Assembly: GCA_937864235.1 (NCBI GenBank)
Contig: CALMJI010000018.1
Coordinates: 8,939-72,938 of the forward strand
Reading direction: 5' to 3'
Source: an uncultured bacterium
GTDB lineage: Bacteria; Patescibacteriota; Minisyncoccia; SW-4-49-11
Length of the DNA stretch: 64,000 nucleotides
Positions within the stretch are counted from its first letter, which is position 1. Every line of letters begins with the position of its first letter. The translations under genes were made by a program, and so were the position numbers. The notes beneath the pieces are model-generated. The model did no database searches and had not been told where the DNA came from. It saw only the letters and a program-made list of their open reading frames with translations. Below, in pieces: positions 42,180 through 52,041 of this stretch.

Positions 42180-42998
42180 TTATTTATGTGGATTAGGTTT
42201 ACCCCAAGTTTTTATGAAAAACTTGATACCATCTTTAATATGTATCCAATAGATTTTTTTAAATAATAGATTCAACACAAAACCATTTTGGCTAGATTTG
42301 CGATGATAATGATACATCTTTACCTTAGGATAATAAACTACTTTATATCCAGCAGACCAAACCTGCCAGGCAAAATAAGTATCTGATAGATATAAAAACA
42401 TATCTTCGTCAAGATAGTTTATTTTTTCTACTAAAGTTTTAGGAAACATATAGGCCGCCCCCAAAATCCAATCTACTTCCCTAATAGATTTATGATCCCA
42501 ATCTGACATCTTAAATCTATCAACAGCTTTCTTTGCAAATGGGAATAATCCAACTGGAGTTCTGCGATATAATGCTATCAATGGTGTCAAAAATTTATAA
42601 GTAGATTCTTGTACAGAACCGTCAAAGTTTAGTAACTGAGGTCCAATAAGACCTACTGATGGATTTTTTTCTAAATAATCTACCATTTTTTCAACCATAT
42701 CAGCTTCCAAAAAAGCATCAGTATTTAGATTAAATATATAATCAGATTGAGCATATTTAGCACAAATATTAACCCCTTTAGTATAACCATAATTTTTGGT
42801 TTGCTTTAAAAACTCAACTAAAGGATACTGATTTTTGATATCTTCTTCCAATTCATCAGCATCTTTTGAAGCATTATCTAACACGATTACCTGAAAAGGA
42901 ATGGTAATATTTGCTTGATAAATTTTTTTCAGACAATATAAGAGTAAGTCTTTTGTATTATAGTTTACAATGGTGAGAGCGACCTTATATTTTTGCAT
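42180..42998 (-). CDS. Glycosyltransferase family 2
   Basis: VALTIVNYN...VLDNASKD and DxD-type GT-A fold motifs. Confidence 0.8.
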   Translation of the reverse strand: MQKYKVALTIVNYNTKDLLLYCLKKIYQANITIPFQVIVLDNASKDADELEEDIKNQYPLVEFLKQTKNYGYTKGVNICAKYAQSDYIFNLNTDAFLEADMVEKMVDYLEKNPSVGLIGPQLLNFDGSVQESTYKFLTPLIALYRRTPVGLFPFAKKAVDRFKMSDWDHKSIREVDWILGAAYMFPKTLVEKINYLDEDMFLYLSDTYFAWQVWSAGYKVVYYPKVKMYHYHRKSSQNGFVLNLLFKKIYWIHIKDGIKFFIKTWGKPNPHK

Positions 42999-43000
42999 AT

Positions 43001-44050
43001 CTATCGTTGAAGTTCTGTAATTTCAGTACCAAATATACCCTGTATATCTTTTTGGAAAGCTGTAAAATTACCACTTCTTGGAATAATTACATAACCTATA
43101 TCAGGTAGGGTTTGTGAAGTAAATGGACCATCATTAGATGTGTCATATCCTTTTTGAATCATATTATTCATATCCAAGGTGCTAACAGTATCTACAGCAA
43201 TTCTTAATTCTTCAACTGTCATTGTAGTTCTAACATTAGTTCCAAAATTCTCTAAAAGATTAAGCATAAAAATAGGATTTTTAATAGCACCACTCTGTTC
43301 AGCCTTATCTTTAATAGCTGTCATAACTTCTCTTTGCCTACGAGAGCGATCAAAATCATTACTCGTTAATCTAGCTTGAACATATTTAAGAGCTTTATCA
43401 CTGTCTAGCTCATTCAATCCTTTCTTGACTCTAATACCACCATCATAATTAGGGTCATAAAAATTACTTTCAGCATTAACTGTAATACCGCCAAGAGCAT
43501 CAATTATCCCCTTAAAAGCAATAAAATCAACACTAACCCCATAATGCATTGGCATACCTGTAACATCTTCTAAAACCTGCATAGTATATTGCAAACCTTG
43601 TGGAGGCTTTTGTCTAAAACCAATAGCATGAGCTGCGTTGAGCTTGCTATAACCTTTAGTCCCTGGAACTGTTACTCTTAAATCTCTAGGGATTGAGACC
43701 ATAGCTATTTTTTTTGACTCCTGTTGCATAGAAAGGATCATTATAGAATCAGCCAATAGCCCACCGTTTGGATCATTCTCCCCCCTCATACCAAGAAGCA
43801 CTATATTAGTTCTACCATTATCTGATTTTAACTGCTTGTTGGTAGCTCCAGATAATAATGATCTAGCTGTATCAAAAATAGATTGATTCTCCCCAGTAAT
43901 ATTATTAATAGATTTATTAGCTCTATAGGCAAAATATCCAAATACAGAAGCCCCAATAAAAAAGATAATACCAAAGGTAATCAAAAGCTTTTTCTTCCAT
44001 GGCTTCATCTTCTTCTTAGATTTTTGATCATTAGGTATAATTTTTTTCAT
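43001..44050 (-). CDS. LytR-CpsA-Psr (LCP) family cell-envelope phosphotransferase
   Basis: N-terminal TM and LCP core (NIVLLGMRGENDPNGGLLADSIMILS). Confidence 0.85.
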   Translation of the reverse strand: MKKIIPNDQKSKKKMKPWKKKLLITFGIIFFIGASVFGYFAYRANKSINNITGENQSIFDTARSLLSGATNKQLKSDNGRTNIVLLGMRGENDPNGGLLADSIMILSMQQESKKIAMVSIPRDLRVTVPGTKGYSKLNAAHAIGFRQKPPQGLQYTMQVLEDVTGMPMHYGVSVDFIAFKGIIDALGGITVNAESNFYDPNYDGGIRVKKGLNELDSDKALKYVQARLTSNDFDRSRRQREVMTAIKDKAEQSGAIKNPIFMLNLLENFGTNVRTTMTVEELRIAVDTVSTLDMNNMIQKGYDTSNDGPFTSQTLPDIGYVIIPRSGNFTAFQKDIQGIFGTEITELQR

Positions 44051-45165
44051 AGTGAATTTACTTCCTTTATAACTTGTATAGTTTCCTTAGCGCAACGATT
44101 CCAAGAAAATTCTGACACCCTTTCTAATCCCTTAACTCTCATTGTTTGCCTCAAATCTGGATTACTTATTATATTGTCTAATACTTTTGCCATATCGTCA
44201 ATATTATGTGGGTCAAAAGATAGACTGGCCTCTCCCCCAACTTCAACCAGACTAGGAGTATTAGATACTACTGTAGGCACTCCACAGGCCATTGCTTCTA
44301 AAATTGGCAATCCAAACCCTTCGTAGAAACTAGGCAATACAAATAAATCTGATCCCCATAGAAGTGGAGATAATTCTGCATCCTCAAATCTACCAGTAAA
44401 AATTATATCTTCCCTATAGTCATCTCCAATTTCCTTCATTACATCTTCTACCAACCAAGCTTTGGCTCCTGCAATGACTAGCTGATAATTATGATCAGTA
44501 GTTTTTCTGAGTTTCTGATAAGCCTTGATTAGACCTTGAATATTTTTCCTAGGCTGAACATTTCCAATATATAAAATATATGGTTTGGTAATATTATATT
44601 TTGACTTTACATCTGCTACCAAATTTTCTTCTCCTTCTTGCATTAGTCGAAATCTATCCTTATCCACACCGTGATAAACAACGGTAATTTTATCTGGATT
44701 AATTTTATAAAATTTAATAATATCTTGCTTGGTAGCCTCAGTAATAGCAATTAAATGGTCAGCTTTTGTAATTGCTTCTCTTACATAAAGTTTATGCAAA
44801 AAAGCATCCTTAGCAGGGAAAGTTTCAGGATATAAAAGAAAAGCTAAATCATGAATAGTGACAACAGACTTTTGATTTTTTGCCTTCAAAAATGGAAGCA
44901 TTTGAATTGGCATAAACAATACATCTGACCTGTCTCGCCTTAATAAAAATGGGAATACTCGCTGAGTCCACATAAAAGGAGCTTGCTGTACTTTATGCTC
45001 AAAGTTCGGAGCTTCAACTTTTTTATTACTAGGTTTATTATAATAAAAAGTATATTGATTTATCTTATCAATCTCACGAATGGATCGAAATAAATTTAAA
45101 ATATAAGTCTGATTTCCATCCTCCCGCTCTTGACACAAATGTGAACCGTGTACTGCTATTCTCAT
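44047..45165 (-). CDS. Glycosyltransferase family 1 (GT4-like)
   Basis: EGFGLPILEAMACGVP motif; 372 aa. Confidence 0.85.
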   Translation of the reverse strand: MRIAVHGSHLCQEREDGNQTYILNLFRSIREIDKINQYTFYYNKPSNKKVEAPNFEHKVQQAPFMWTQRVFPFLLRRDRSDVLFMPIQMLPFLKAKNQKSVVTIHDLAFLLYPETFPAKDAFLHKLYVREAITKADHLIAITEATKQDIIKFYKINPDKITVVYHGVDKDRFRLMQEGEENLVADVKSKYNITKPYILYIGNVQPRKNIQGLIKAYQKLRKTTDHNYQLVIAGAKAWLVEDVMKEIGDDYREDIIFTGRFEDAELSPLLWGSDLFVLPSFYEGFGLPILEAMACGVPTVVSNTPSLVEVGGEASLSFDPHNIDDMAKVLDNIISNPDLRQTMRVKGLERVSEFSWNRCAKETIQVIKEVNSL

Positions 45166-46232
45166 ATATCTAAATTATTATTTTCTAAAGCTATAATTCC
45201 AGGTAATTGACCTTGCTTGGCAATATATTCTAACATTGCTCCACCGCCAGTTGATATAAAGTCTATTTTAGACTCTTGATGTAGATTATGAACCTCATCT
45301 ATAGTCTCCCCACCACCTATCACAGAATAACTTTCCTCATTCTTAGCAATAGCTTGAGCTATTGCTCTAGTCCCTTCATCATAAGGCTTTTGTTCAAACC
45401 AACCCATTGGACCATTCCAAATTATAGTTGATGCCTTAGCAATATATTCAGCAAATAATTCCCTCGTTTCAATACCAATATCATATCTATCGGCCTCAAC
45501 AAAATCTACAGGCAAAATAATTTTCTCACTTTGAGCAATTTTGTACTCATCTATATATTCATTAGCAATCTTCCCACCTACCAAAATATAGTCAAAGCTA
45601 GATTCTAAGACCTGAATGACTGGTAACTTAGTAGATATCTTTGCTCCTCCTATAATAGCAACAGCCGGCTTATTAGGATTAGTCAAAATATAATCTAAAG
45701 CTGCTAATTCTTGCTCTAAAACAAGACCTCCAAAGCTAGGTAAAATCTTGGTAATAGCATCAACTGAGCTATGTTTACGATGCATCACTGAGAAAGCATC
45801 ACTCACATACAAATCACCAAATTGAGCTAGAGTTTGGGCAAATTCCTGACTATTTTCTTCTTCTTTCGCATCAAATCTAAGATTCTCTAGACAAATCACT
45901 TCCCCATCAGAAATATCATAGCTAATATTAGGATTAACTTCAGCAATATCATCTGCAATAAAATTAATCTTAAATCCACCCAACTCAGCTAGCTTCTTTA
46001 TAATTAGACTAAGCGACAAGCCCGCTCTACCCTCCTTTTGTGGATCGCCCAAGTGAGCTATGAGCACAATCTTAGCCCCAGCCTGCCTGAGAAAATTAAT
46101 AGTTTGCGAAGCCTTAGCTATACGAAAGGTATCCTGAGGGAATCCCCTCTCATCCACCGGTTCATTGACATCGATTCTTAGTAAAAATCGCTTCCCCTCT
46201 AATAAGGTTTTATAATCTTTTATATATCTCAT
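45162..46232 (-). CDS. pgk: Phosphoglycerate kinase (compact)
   Basis: GKRFLLRIDVNEPV N-terminus; AHLGDP; GGAKISTK; GGGA motifs; 356 aa. Confidence 0.85.
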   Translation of the reverse strand: MRYIKDYKTLLEGKRFLLRIDVNEPVDERGFPQDTFRIAKASQTINFLRQAGAKIVLIAHLGDPQKEGRAGLSLSLIIKKLAELGGFKINFIADDIAEVNPNISYDISDGEVICLENLRFDAKEEENSQEFAQTLAQFGDLYVSDAFSVMHRKHSSVDAITKILPSFGGLVLEQELAALDYILTNPNKPAVAIIGGAKISTKLPVIQVLESSFDYILVGGKIANEYIDEYKIAQSEKIILPVDFVEADRYDIGIETRELFAEYIAKASTIIWNGPMGWFEQKPYDEGTRAIAQAIAKNEESYSVIGGGETIDEVHNLHQESKIDFISTGGGAMLEYIAKQGQLPGIIALENNNLDI

Positions 46233-46286
46233 ATGAAAATATTATATCATAAACTCAATAAATTGTGAATTGCAAATTATATCATC

Positions 46287-46475
46287 CCTTCGTAGCGGAG
46301 GCTTTTAGTCTATCCCATACCTTGTTTGGGATGGGGTTTATCCCTCCATTTTTTCGTAGGAGCATGACACCCCCCTCCTAAAGAGGATAAAAGCTCCAGT
46401 ACAAAAATACCTCGGGCGACATAAGGCCGCCCCTACAAACACAAAACACAATTGAGGGACTTAAAGCCCTACGAT
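46287..46475. repeat. Cluster of REP-like elements: two forward GTAG-hairpins and two inverted hairpin-CTAC units (BIME/REPIN-like)
   Basis: GTAG at 46292 and 46356. GGTTTATCCCTCC at 46335-46347 matches the RAYT-internal hairpin. Hairpin GGGCG...CGCCC followed by CTAC at 46433; AGGG...CCCT followed by CTAC at 46470. Local GC is about 50%. Confidence 0.65.
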
Positions 46476-46540
46476 TACAAGAATAATTTATATTTCTTAA
46501 CTTTTAATTCTTAATTCTAGCCCGCCCTCTACTACAAAAT

Positions 46541-46569
46541 TTGCTATTTTTGGTATTTTATGCTATAAT
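46541..46569 (+). promoter_or_regulatory. Sigma70-like promoter for the tandem GspE / tsaE / fem operon
   Basis: TTGCTA (46541-46546), 17-nt spacer, TATAAT (46564-46569). The ORF-track start at 46541 is a TTG inside this promoter. Confidence 0.5.
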
Positions 46570-46591
46570 AATAATATATACTTTTATATTT

Positions 46592-49591
46592 ATGAGTTCA
46601 GTATTAAAACAAAAAAAATCTAATCGTCAAAGCTTTAGAGACAAATTGCATTCTGATAATGCAGTTGAGCTTAATTTAGCGGTAATTCACAAAAAAGAAG
46701 AAGAACTTAATACTCAAAGATTAGCTGACAATCTTGGTATGGCTTATCTGAATTTGCAATTTATTCCTATCAATCCCGATGCTTTGAAAATATTAACCAA
46801 AGAACAGGCTCAAAAGGCTAAAATGATTATTTTTCAAAGATCTGGACTACATCTCAAGATAGCTATACAGGATATATCTAATCCTGTTGCTAAGACTATT
46901 TTACAAAAATTATATCAAAATAAATATGAATTAGATTTATATTTGGTGTCAAAGTACAGTCTAGAAAAGGGATATAATGCTTACGCATTTTTACAAGATA
47001 GGAGTGAAGTTGTCAAAGATAAATTAGTAATTCCTTTTATGATGCTGGAGGATGTAAGGCAAGGAGTAGTAAATTTAGATGATTTTGCTAGTAAAATTAA
47101 CTCTGTTGACACTTCTGAATTAATTCAAATAATTTGTGCCGGAGCTATTACCTCTTTGGCTAGTGATATTCATATAGAGCCCAAAGGAGATATTACGCGT
47201 CTTAGATATCGTATAGACGGTGTTTTGCAGGATATTCTGAATTTTGATAATGCATTATATGAGTTGCTAATCTCAAGAATAAAAAATCTAGCTTCCCTTG
47301 TGTTGAATATTAAAAGCACCTCTCAGGATGGTAGATTTAGTATTATTATTCAAGAGGAAAATGGAAGGGTTAAAAAATCTATTGATGTAAGAGTTTCTAT
47401 ATTACCAAGTAAAACTGGGGAAATTATTGTGATGAGATTATTGAATGCTGAAATTCATAATCTAGATATTTATAGTTTTGGCATTCGAGAATCCTTTTTG
47501 AATACTATAGTTAGAAACTTGGATAAACCACAAGGTATGATTATGTTATCAGGGCCAACTGGATCTGGTAAAACAACTAGCCTTTATTCATTCTTAAATT
47601 ATGTGAATCGATCTGAGACCAATATTATTACTATTGAGGACCCAATTGAATATAGATTACCTAATATAAATCAAACTCAAGTGGATACTAAAAAAGGTTA
47701 TGATTTTGCAAATGGGCTAAAGGCTATTGTAAGGCAAGACCCTGACATAATTATGGTAGGTGAAATTAGAGATAATGAGACTGCGAATATAGCTGTAAAT
47801 GCCTCTATTACTGGACATTTGGTGTTTTCTACTATTCATACGAATGACTCTGTGGGTATTGTGACAAGACTAAAAGAATTTGGCTCTACTCCTCAACTTA
47901 TTATCTCAGCTATGAATTTATTTATTGCCCAGAGATTGGTAAGAAAATTATGTGAATGTAAAGAGGAATATATTCCTACTGAGTCAGAAGTTGACTTAAT
48001 CAAAAAGACTTTAGCTATTATTTCACCTAAATCTAATCTTACTCTCCCTCAGGAAATCAAAAAACTATATAAACCTAAGGGTTGTGTGAAATGTTATGGA
48101 ATTGGTTATAAAGGTAGAATTGCTTTATATGAATTGTTCGAGGCTAAGGATAATATTAGAGATTTAATTATTAATAATATTCCAGAATTTAAAATATTCC
48201 GTAAAGCGGTTGAAAATGGGATGGTGACTTTATTTCAAGATGGAGTTTTACATACAATAGACGGAGAAACTTCGCTTGAGGAAGTTTTATCTGTGGCAGG
48301 AGATATAGGGTATATAGACGAGATTTATGAGTCTACTCTAAGCTCGGCTTTATCTAGAGGAATTCATATCAAAAAATCAAGCAATACTCTGCCTGAAATT
48401 ACCCATCTCTCTGAATCTATGTCTATTGATGATCAGTTAACTGCTATTACCAATGCTGCTCTTGTAAAAAGAGCTACGGATATTCATCTTGAGCCTGATA
48501 TGGCTGATTTGATTATCAGATTTAGAATTGATGGAGTTTTGTATGAGGAAGCTCGTGTACCAAAATCTCTATACCCGCAAATTCTAACTCAAATTAAAAT
48601 TTTTACAGGACTACCTCTTGATATTGCTAATAAAATTCAAGAAGGAAGATTTACTATTTTTGCTGATAAAAACTTTGATGTGAGAGTCTCTATAATTCCA
48701 GGAGGCTATGGACAAACCATCGTACTTAGAATATTAAGGTCAGATATTGCCAAACTCAAATTGCAAGATCTCGGTATGGATGAATATAATATTAATCTCC
48801 TACAAGAGCAATTACAAGCTACTACCGGACTTATTTTGGTTACAGGACCTACTAGTGCTGGTAAATCTACTACTCTATATGCTACCCTTAATACTCTCAA
48901 TCAGCCTGGGGTAAAAATTATTACTATTGAAGATCCGATTGAATATAAATTATCTGGTATTTTGCAAACTAGCATCAATGAAGAGACTGGATATAGTTTT
49001 CCCAATGCTATTAGAGCTTTACTTAGACAGAATCCTAATATTGTCTTAATGGGAGAGATAAGAGATACCGAAACAGCTAAGGTAGCTATGCAAACTGCTG
49101 CAACGGGGCATCTTTTGTTATCTACCCTACACACTAATGATGCCGCCTCTGCCATTTTGAGATTATATGATTTAGGAGTTGGATTGTCTGAGATAGCTAC
49201 TTTTGTGAATGTAACTATAGCCCAGAGAATTATTAGGAAAATTGATCCAGAAACTGCTACTACTATCAACCTATCACAGGAGCAAAAAGAGATTATTAAA
49301 TCTAAATTGCCAGACAGATACCATAATTTAATTCCAGACACTATCCTAGAGGCTAATGCTAGTCCCGATCATCCAAATGGATATTATGGTATCACAGCCA
49401 TTTTTGAAGTTTTAGTATTGACTCCTAAAATTAAAGACGTTATTATCCAGCAAGCTTCAACGGCTAATATCAAAAAACTGGCTATTGAAGAGGGAATGAC
49501 AACTTTGGAAGTTTCTGGTATTCTAAAAGTATTAGACCATACTACTGATTTTGCCGAATTGGAAAGAGTATTGGGGATAAAAGTATTATAA
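46592..49591 (+). CDS. Tandem-fused double GspE/PilB-family secretion ATPase (two complete N2 plus ATPase modules in one 1009-aa polypeptide)
   Basis: Module 1 has Walker A GPTGSGKTT, Asp box IEDPIEY, Walker B MVGEIRD, His box GHLVFSTIHTN and a CxC...CxxC zinc motif. Module 2 has GPTSAGKST, IEDPIEY, LMGEIRD and GHLLLSTLHTN but no Cys tetrad. Each module is preceded by a GspE N2-like domain. Confidence 0.85.
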   Translation: MSSVLKQKKSNRQSFRDKLHSDNAVELNLAVIHKKEEELNTQRLADNLGMAYLNLQFIPINPDALKILTKEQAQKAKMIIFQRSGLHLKIAIQDISNPVAKTILQKLYQNKYELDLYLVSKYSLEKGYNAYAFLQDRSEVVKDKLVIPFMMLEDVRQGVVNLDDFASKINSVDTSELIQIICAGAITSLASDIHIEPKGDITRLRYRIDGVLQDILNFDNALYELLISRIKNLASLVLNIKSTSQDGRFSIIIQEENGRVKKSIDVRVSILPSKTGEIIVMRLLNAEIHNLDIYSFGIRESFLNTIVRNLDKPQGMIMLSGPTGSGKTTSLYSFLNYVNRSETNIITIEDPIEYRLPNINQTQVDTKKGYDFANGLKAIVRQDPDIIMVGEIRDNETANIAVNASITGHLVFSTIHTNDSVGIVTRLKEFGSTPQLIISAMNLFIAQRLVRKLCECKEEYIPTESEVDLIKKTLAIISPKSNLTLPQEIKKLYKPKGCVKCYGIGYKGRIALYELFEAKDNIRDLIINNIPEFKIFRKAVENGMVTLFQDGVLHTIDGETSLEEVLSVAGDIGYIDEIYESTLSSALSRGIHIKKSSNTLPEITHLSESMSIDDQLTAITNAALVKRATDIHLEPDMADLIIRFRIDGVLYEEARVPKSLYPQILTQIKIFTGLPLDIANKIQEGRFTIFADKNFDVRVSIIPGGYGQTIVLRILRSDIAKLKLQDLGMDEYNINLLQEQLQATTGLILVTGPTSAGKSTTLYATLNTLNQPGVKIITIEDPIEYKLSGILQTSINEETGYSFPNAIRALLRQNPNIVLMGEIRDTETAKVAMQTAATGHLLLSTLHTNDAASAILRLYDLGVGLSEIATFVNVTIAQRIIRKIDPETATTINLSQEQKEIIKSKLPDRYHNLIPDTILEANASPDHPNGYYGITAIFEVLVLTPKIKDVIIQQASTANIKKLAIEEGMTTLEVSGILKVLDHTTDFAELERVLGIKVL

Positions 49592-49595
49592 TTTT

Positions 49596-50033
49596 ATGGA
49601 GAAGATAATTTCAAAATCTAGTCTAGAGACCCAAGAAATAGCTAAAAATATAGCTCAAGAAATCATAGCAAACAAAAGAGCTAATGTTGTGCTATTAGAA
49701 GGAGAATTAGGTGGAGGGAAAACCACCTTTAGTCAAGGATTTTTGGCTAGTCTAGGAGTAACTCAAGCAGTGACCAGTCCTACCTTTGTGATTATGAAGT
49801 CTTATGCTATACCCTCATCAGAATATAAAGTATATCATCTAGACTTATATAGACTCAATCAAGAATGGGAGGTGCTAGACTTAGGTATTATGGATATAAT
49901 TTCTAACCCCAATAATATTGTATTAATCGAATGGGCTAGTAAAACCGCTAAAATATGGGAAAATCTACCTCATACCAAGATAAGCTTCGAGGTCATTAAT
50001 TCAAGTGAGAGAAATATTAATATTAACCCTTAA
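49596..50033 (+). CDS. tsaE: tRNA threonylcarbamoyladenosine biosynthesis protein TsaE
   Basis: LEGELGGGKTTF P-loop and SPTF motif; 145 aa. Confidence 0.85.
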   Translation: MEKIISKSSLETQEIAKNIAQEIIANKRANVVLLEGELGGGKTTFSQGFLASLGVTQAVTSPTFVIMKSYAIPSSEYKVYHLDLYRLNQEWEVLDLGIMDIISNPNNIVLIEWASKTAKIWENLPHTKISFEVINSSERNININP

Positions 50034-50038
50034 TCAAT

Positions 50039-50995
50039 ATGTATTATCAATGTGCTGTAATTGGAGATATCACTTTAGATAGATTTTTATTATTATCTAA
50101 TTTAGATATATTAGAATCAGATATTAATCCTGGTAATTTTGTAGTGAATTTAGAAATTGGACATAAAATCCCAGTCTCAGAAATGCATGAATATATTGGG
50201 GGGAATGCCTATAATGTGACTTATGGTTTGAGTTTACTCGGTATTAATACAGCTTTGGTATCATCTGTGGGGTCGGATGACATATCTCAGTATGTTCTAG
50301 AGGCCTTGAGAGAGGCAAATCTCAATACAGAACATCTAGTATCTAGTCCAAAATCTGGAATTAATCAATCTACAATTTTATCAATAAATGGAGAGAGAAT
50401 AGTTTTGTCCCATCATAAAGATAAAGATTATACTAATTTGAGCCTACCTGAGACTGAATGGACATATATTACATCTCTGAGTAAGGGAAGTGAGGATTTG
50501 TTGAGACAATTAATTAATAATACTACCAATAAACTTGTCTTTAACCCAGGATCATATCTGCTCAAAAATAATCTTGATTTGATTCATCAAATTTTACCAA
50601 AAACTGAACTACTGTTTGTCAATAAAGAAGAAACTCAATATATAATAAATTCCACCGAAGAATATATTCCTAATTTAATTAAAGGCTTACATAATATGGG
50701 GGTAAATCTTATTGGTTTGACTGATGGGAACAATGGGGCTTATGTTAGCGATAAGAATACTATCTTATATTTACCAGCCAGAGTAGTAGAGAAAAGAGAG
50801 ACTACTGGAGCTGGGGATGCTTTTGCTGCTGGATTTTTAGCTAATTTTATTCAATCGCAAGATATATCTGAAGCTTTAAAATGGGGTATTATACAAAGCT
50901 CCTCAGTATTGCGAGAAATAGGTTCAGTCAATGGACTTGCCACTATGGATGAAATTATTGAAATATCTAAAACTTTAGAGCCACAGTCCATATGA
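50039..50995 (+). CDS. pfkB-family carbohydrate kinase (ribokinase-like)
   Basis: GGNAYNV N-terminal motif and TGAGDAFAAGFL C-terminal motif. Confidence 0.8.
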   Translation: MYYQCAVIGDITLDRFLLLSNLDILESDINPGNFVVNLEIGHKIPVSEMHEYIGGNAYNVTYGLSLLGINTALVSSVGSDDISQYVLEALREANLNTEHLVSSPKSGINQSTILSINGERIVLSHHKDKDYTNLSLPETEWTYITSLSKGSEDLLRQLINNTTNKLVFNPGSYLLKNNLDLIHQILPKTELLFVNKEETQYIINSTEEYIPNLIKGLHNMGVNLIGLTDGNNGAYVSDKNTILYLPARVVEKRETTGAGDAFAAGFLANFIQSQDISEALKWGIIQSSSVLREIGSVNGLATMDEIIEISKTLEPQSI

Positions 50996-51993
50996 TATTA
51001 TTACCAGAACAGCCATCCCCCACTCATATACCAGAATATTATCAGCTTTTAGATTGGGCTCATCTGATCAAAAAAGATTATCTTAGTCTAGAAAGAATAA
51101 GCATAAAAGATAAAAATGGAGATACTATAATTTTTGCTCAAGTTTATATTTATAAGCTAATTTACAAATATACACAACTTTATATACCTCGAGGACCCAT
51201 TTTATATACCGACAATATATCACAAGCTCAAATTCAAGAATTTTGGCAAGATATTGAGAGCATTGTCGCTAAATATAAAGCTATATTCACTTTAATAGAA
51301 CCTGCTCAAGATTTATATAATAATTGTAATGATTTATTGGATGAGTATTCCCAAAATACTATAATTGAGAGATTGCCTCATCAAACTCAAGTCCTAGATC
51401 TGAGTTTATCAGAGGAAGATTTACTCCAAAATATGCATCCCAAAATGAGATATAATATTAGGCTAGCCAAGAAAAAAAGAGTTGGAATTCAGACCATATC
51501 TAAAAATCATCTGGAATTTGAAAAATATTTTGATATCTTTTTTGAATTGATGCAGGAGACTGCCAAAAGAGGAGATTTTGCAATTCACCCTAAATCTCAT
51601 TATAGACATTTATTACAACATTCTTCTGAGAATATTACAGTATCCCTAATAATAGCAGAATATGAGCAGAATGTCTTAGCTGCTAATATGATTCTTGACA
51701 CCATTGAGCAGAGAGTTTACTTGCATGGAGCTTCTAGTAGTCAAAATCGTAATCTAATGGCACCTCCCCTATTACAATGGGAAGCGATTTTAGAGGCTAA
51801 AAAACTTGGGAAGCAAGTATATGATTTTTGGGGAGTCTCAAAAACTAAAAAATCTTGGCAAGGAATTTCTAGATTCAAAACTCAATTTGGAGGTAGCACA
51901 ATAGATTATCCTGATAGCAGAATAGCTATTCATAACAAAATAATCTTTACTTTGTATGGTCTATTTCGTAAAATAAGGGGCAAAGTAATTTGA
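50992..51993 (+). CDS. FemAB-family peptidyltransferase (peptidoglycan interpeptide bridge formation)
   Basis: FemAB/MurM-like blocks (HPKMRYNIRLAKKKRV...; FGGS) and GNAT-like fold length. Confidence 0.7.
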   Translation: MILLPEQPSPTHIPEYYQLLDWAHLIKKDYLSLERISIKDKNGDTIIFAQVYIYKLIYKYTQLYIPRGPILYTDNISQAQIQEFWQDIESIVAKYKAIFTLIEPAQDLYNNCNDLLDEYSQNTIIERLPHQTQVLDLSLSEEDLLQNMHPKMRYNIRLAKKKRVGIQTISKNHLEFEKYFDIFFELMQETAKRGDFAIHPKSHYRHLLQHSSENITVSLIIAEYEQNVLAANMILDTIEQRVYLHGASSSQNRNLMAPPLLQWEAILEAKKLGKQVYDFWGVSKTKKSWQGISRFKTQFGGSTIDYPDSRIAIHNKIIFTLYGLFRKIRGKVI

Positions 51994-52041
51994 TAATATA
52001 TTCAAGCTATAGTAAAATATAATAGAAAATATGTAGTGTCT

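Noticed and set aside
46541-46591. N-terminal extension MLFLVFYAIIIIYTFIF of the GspE-fusion ORF
   Set aside because: Begins at a TTG that is itself the -35 hexamer of the promoter. Translation of AT-rich promoter DNA; the real start is taken as ATG 46592.
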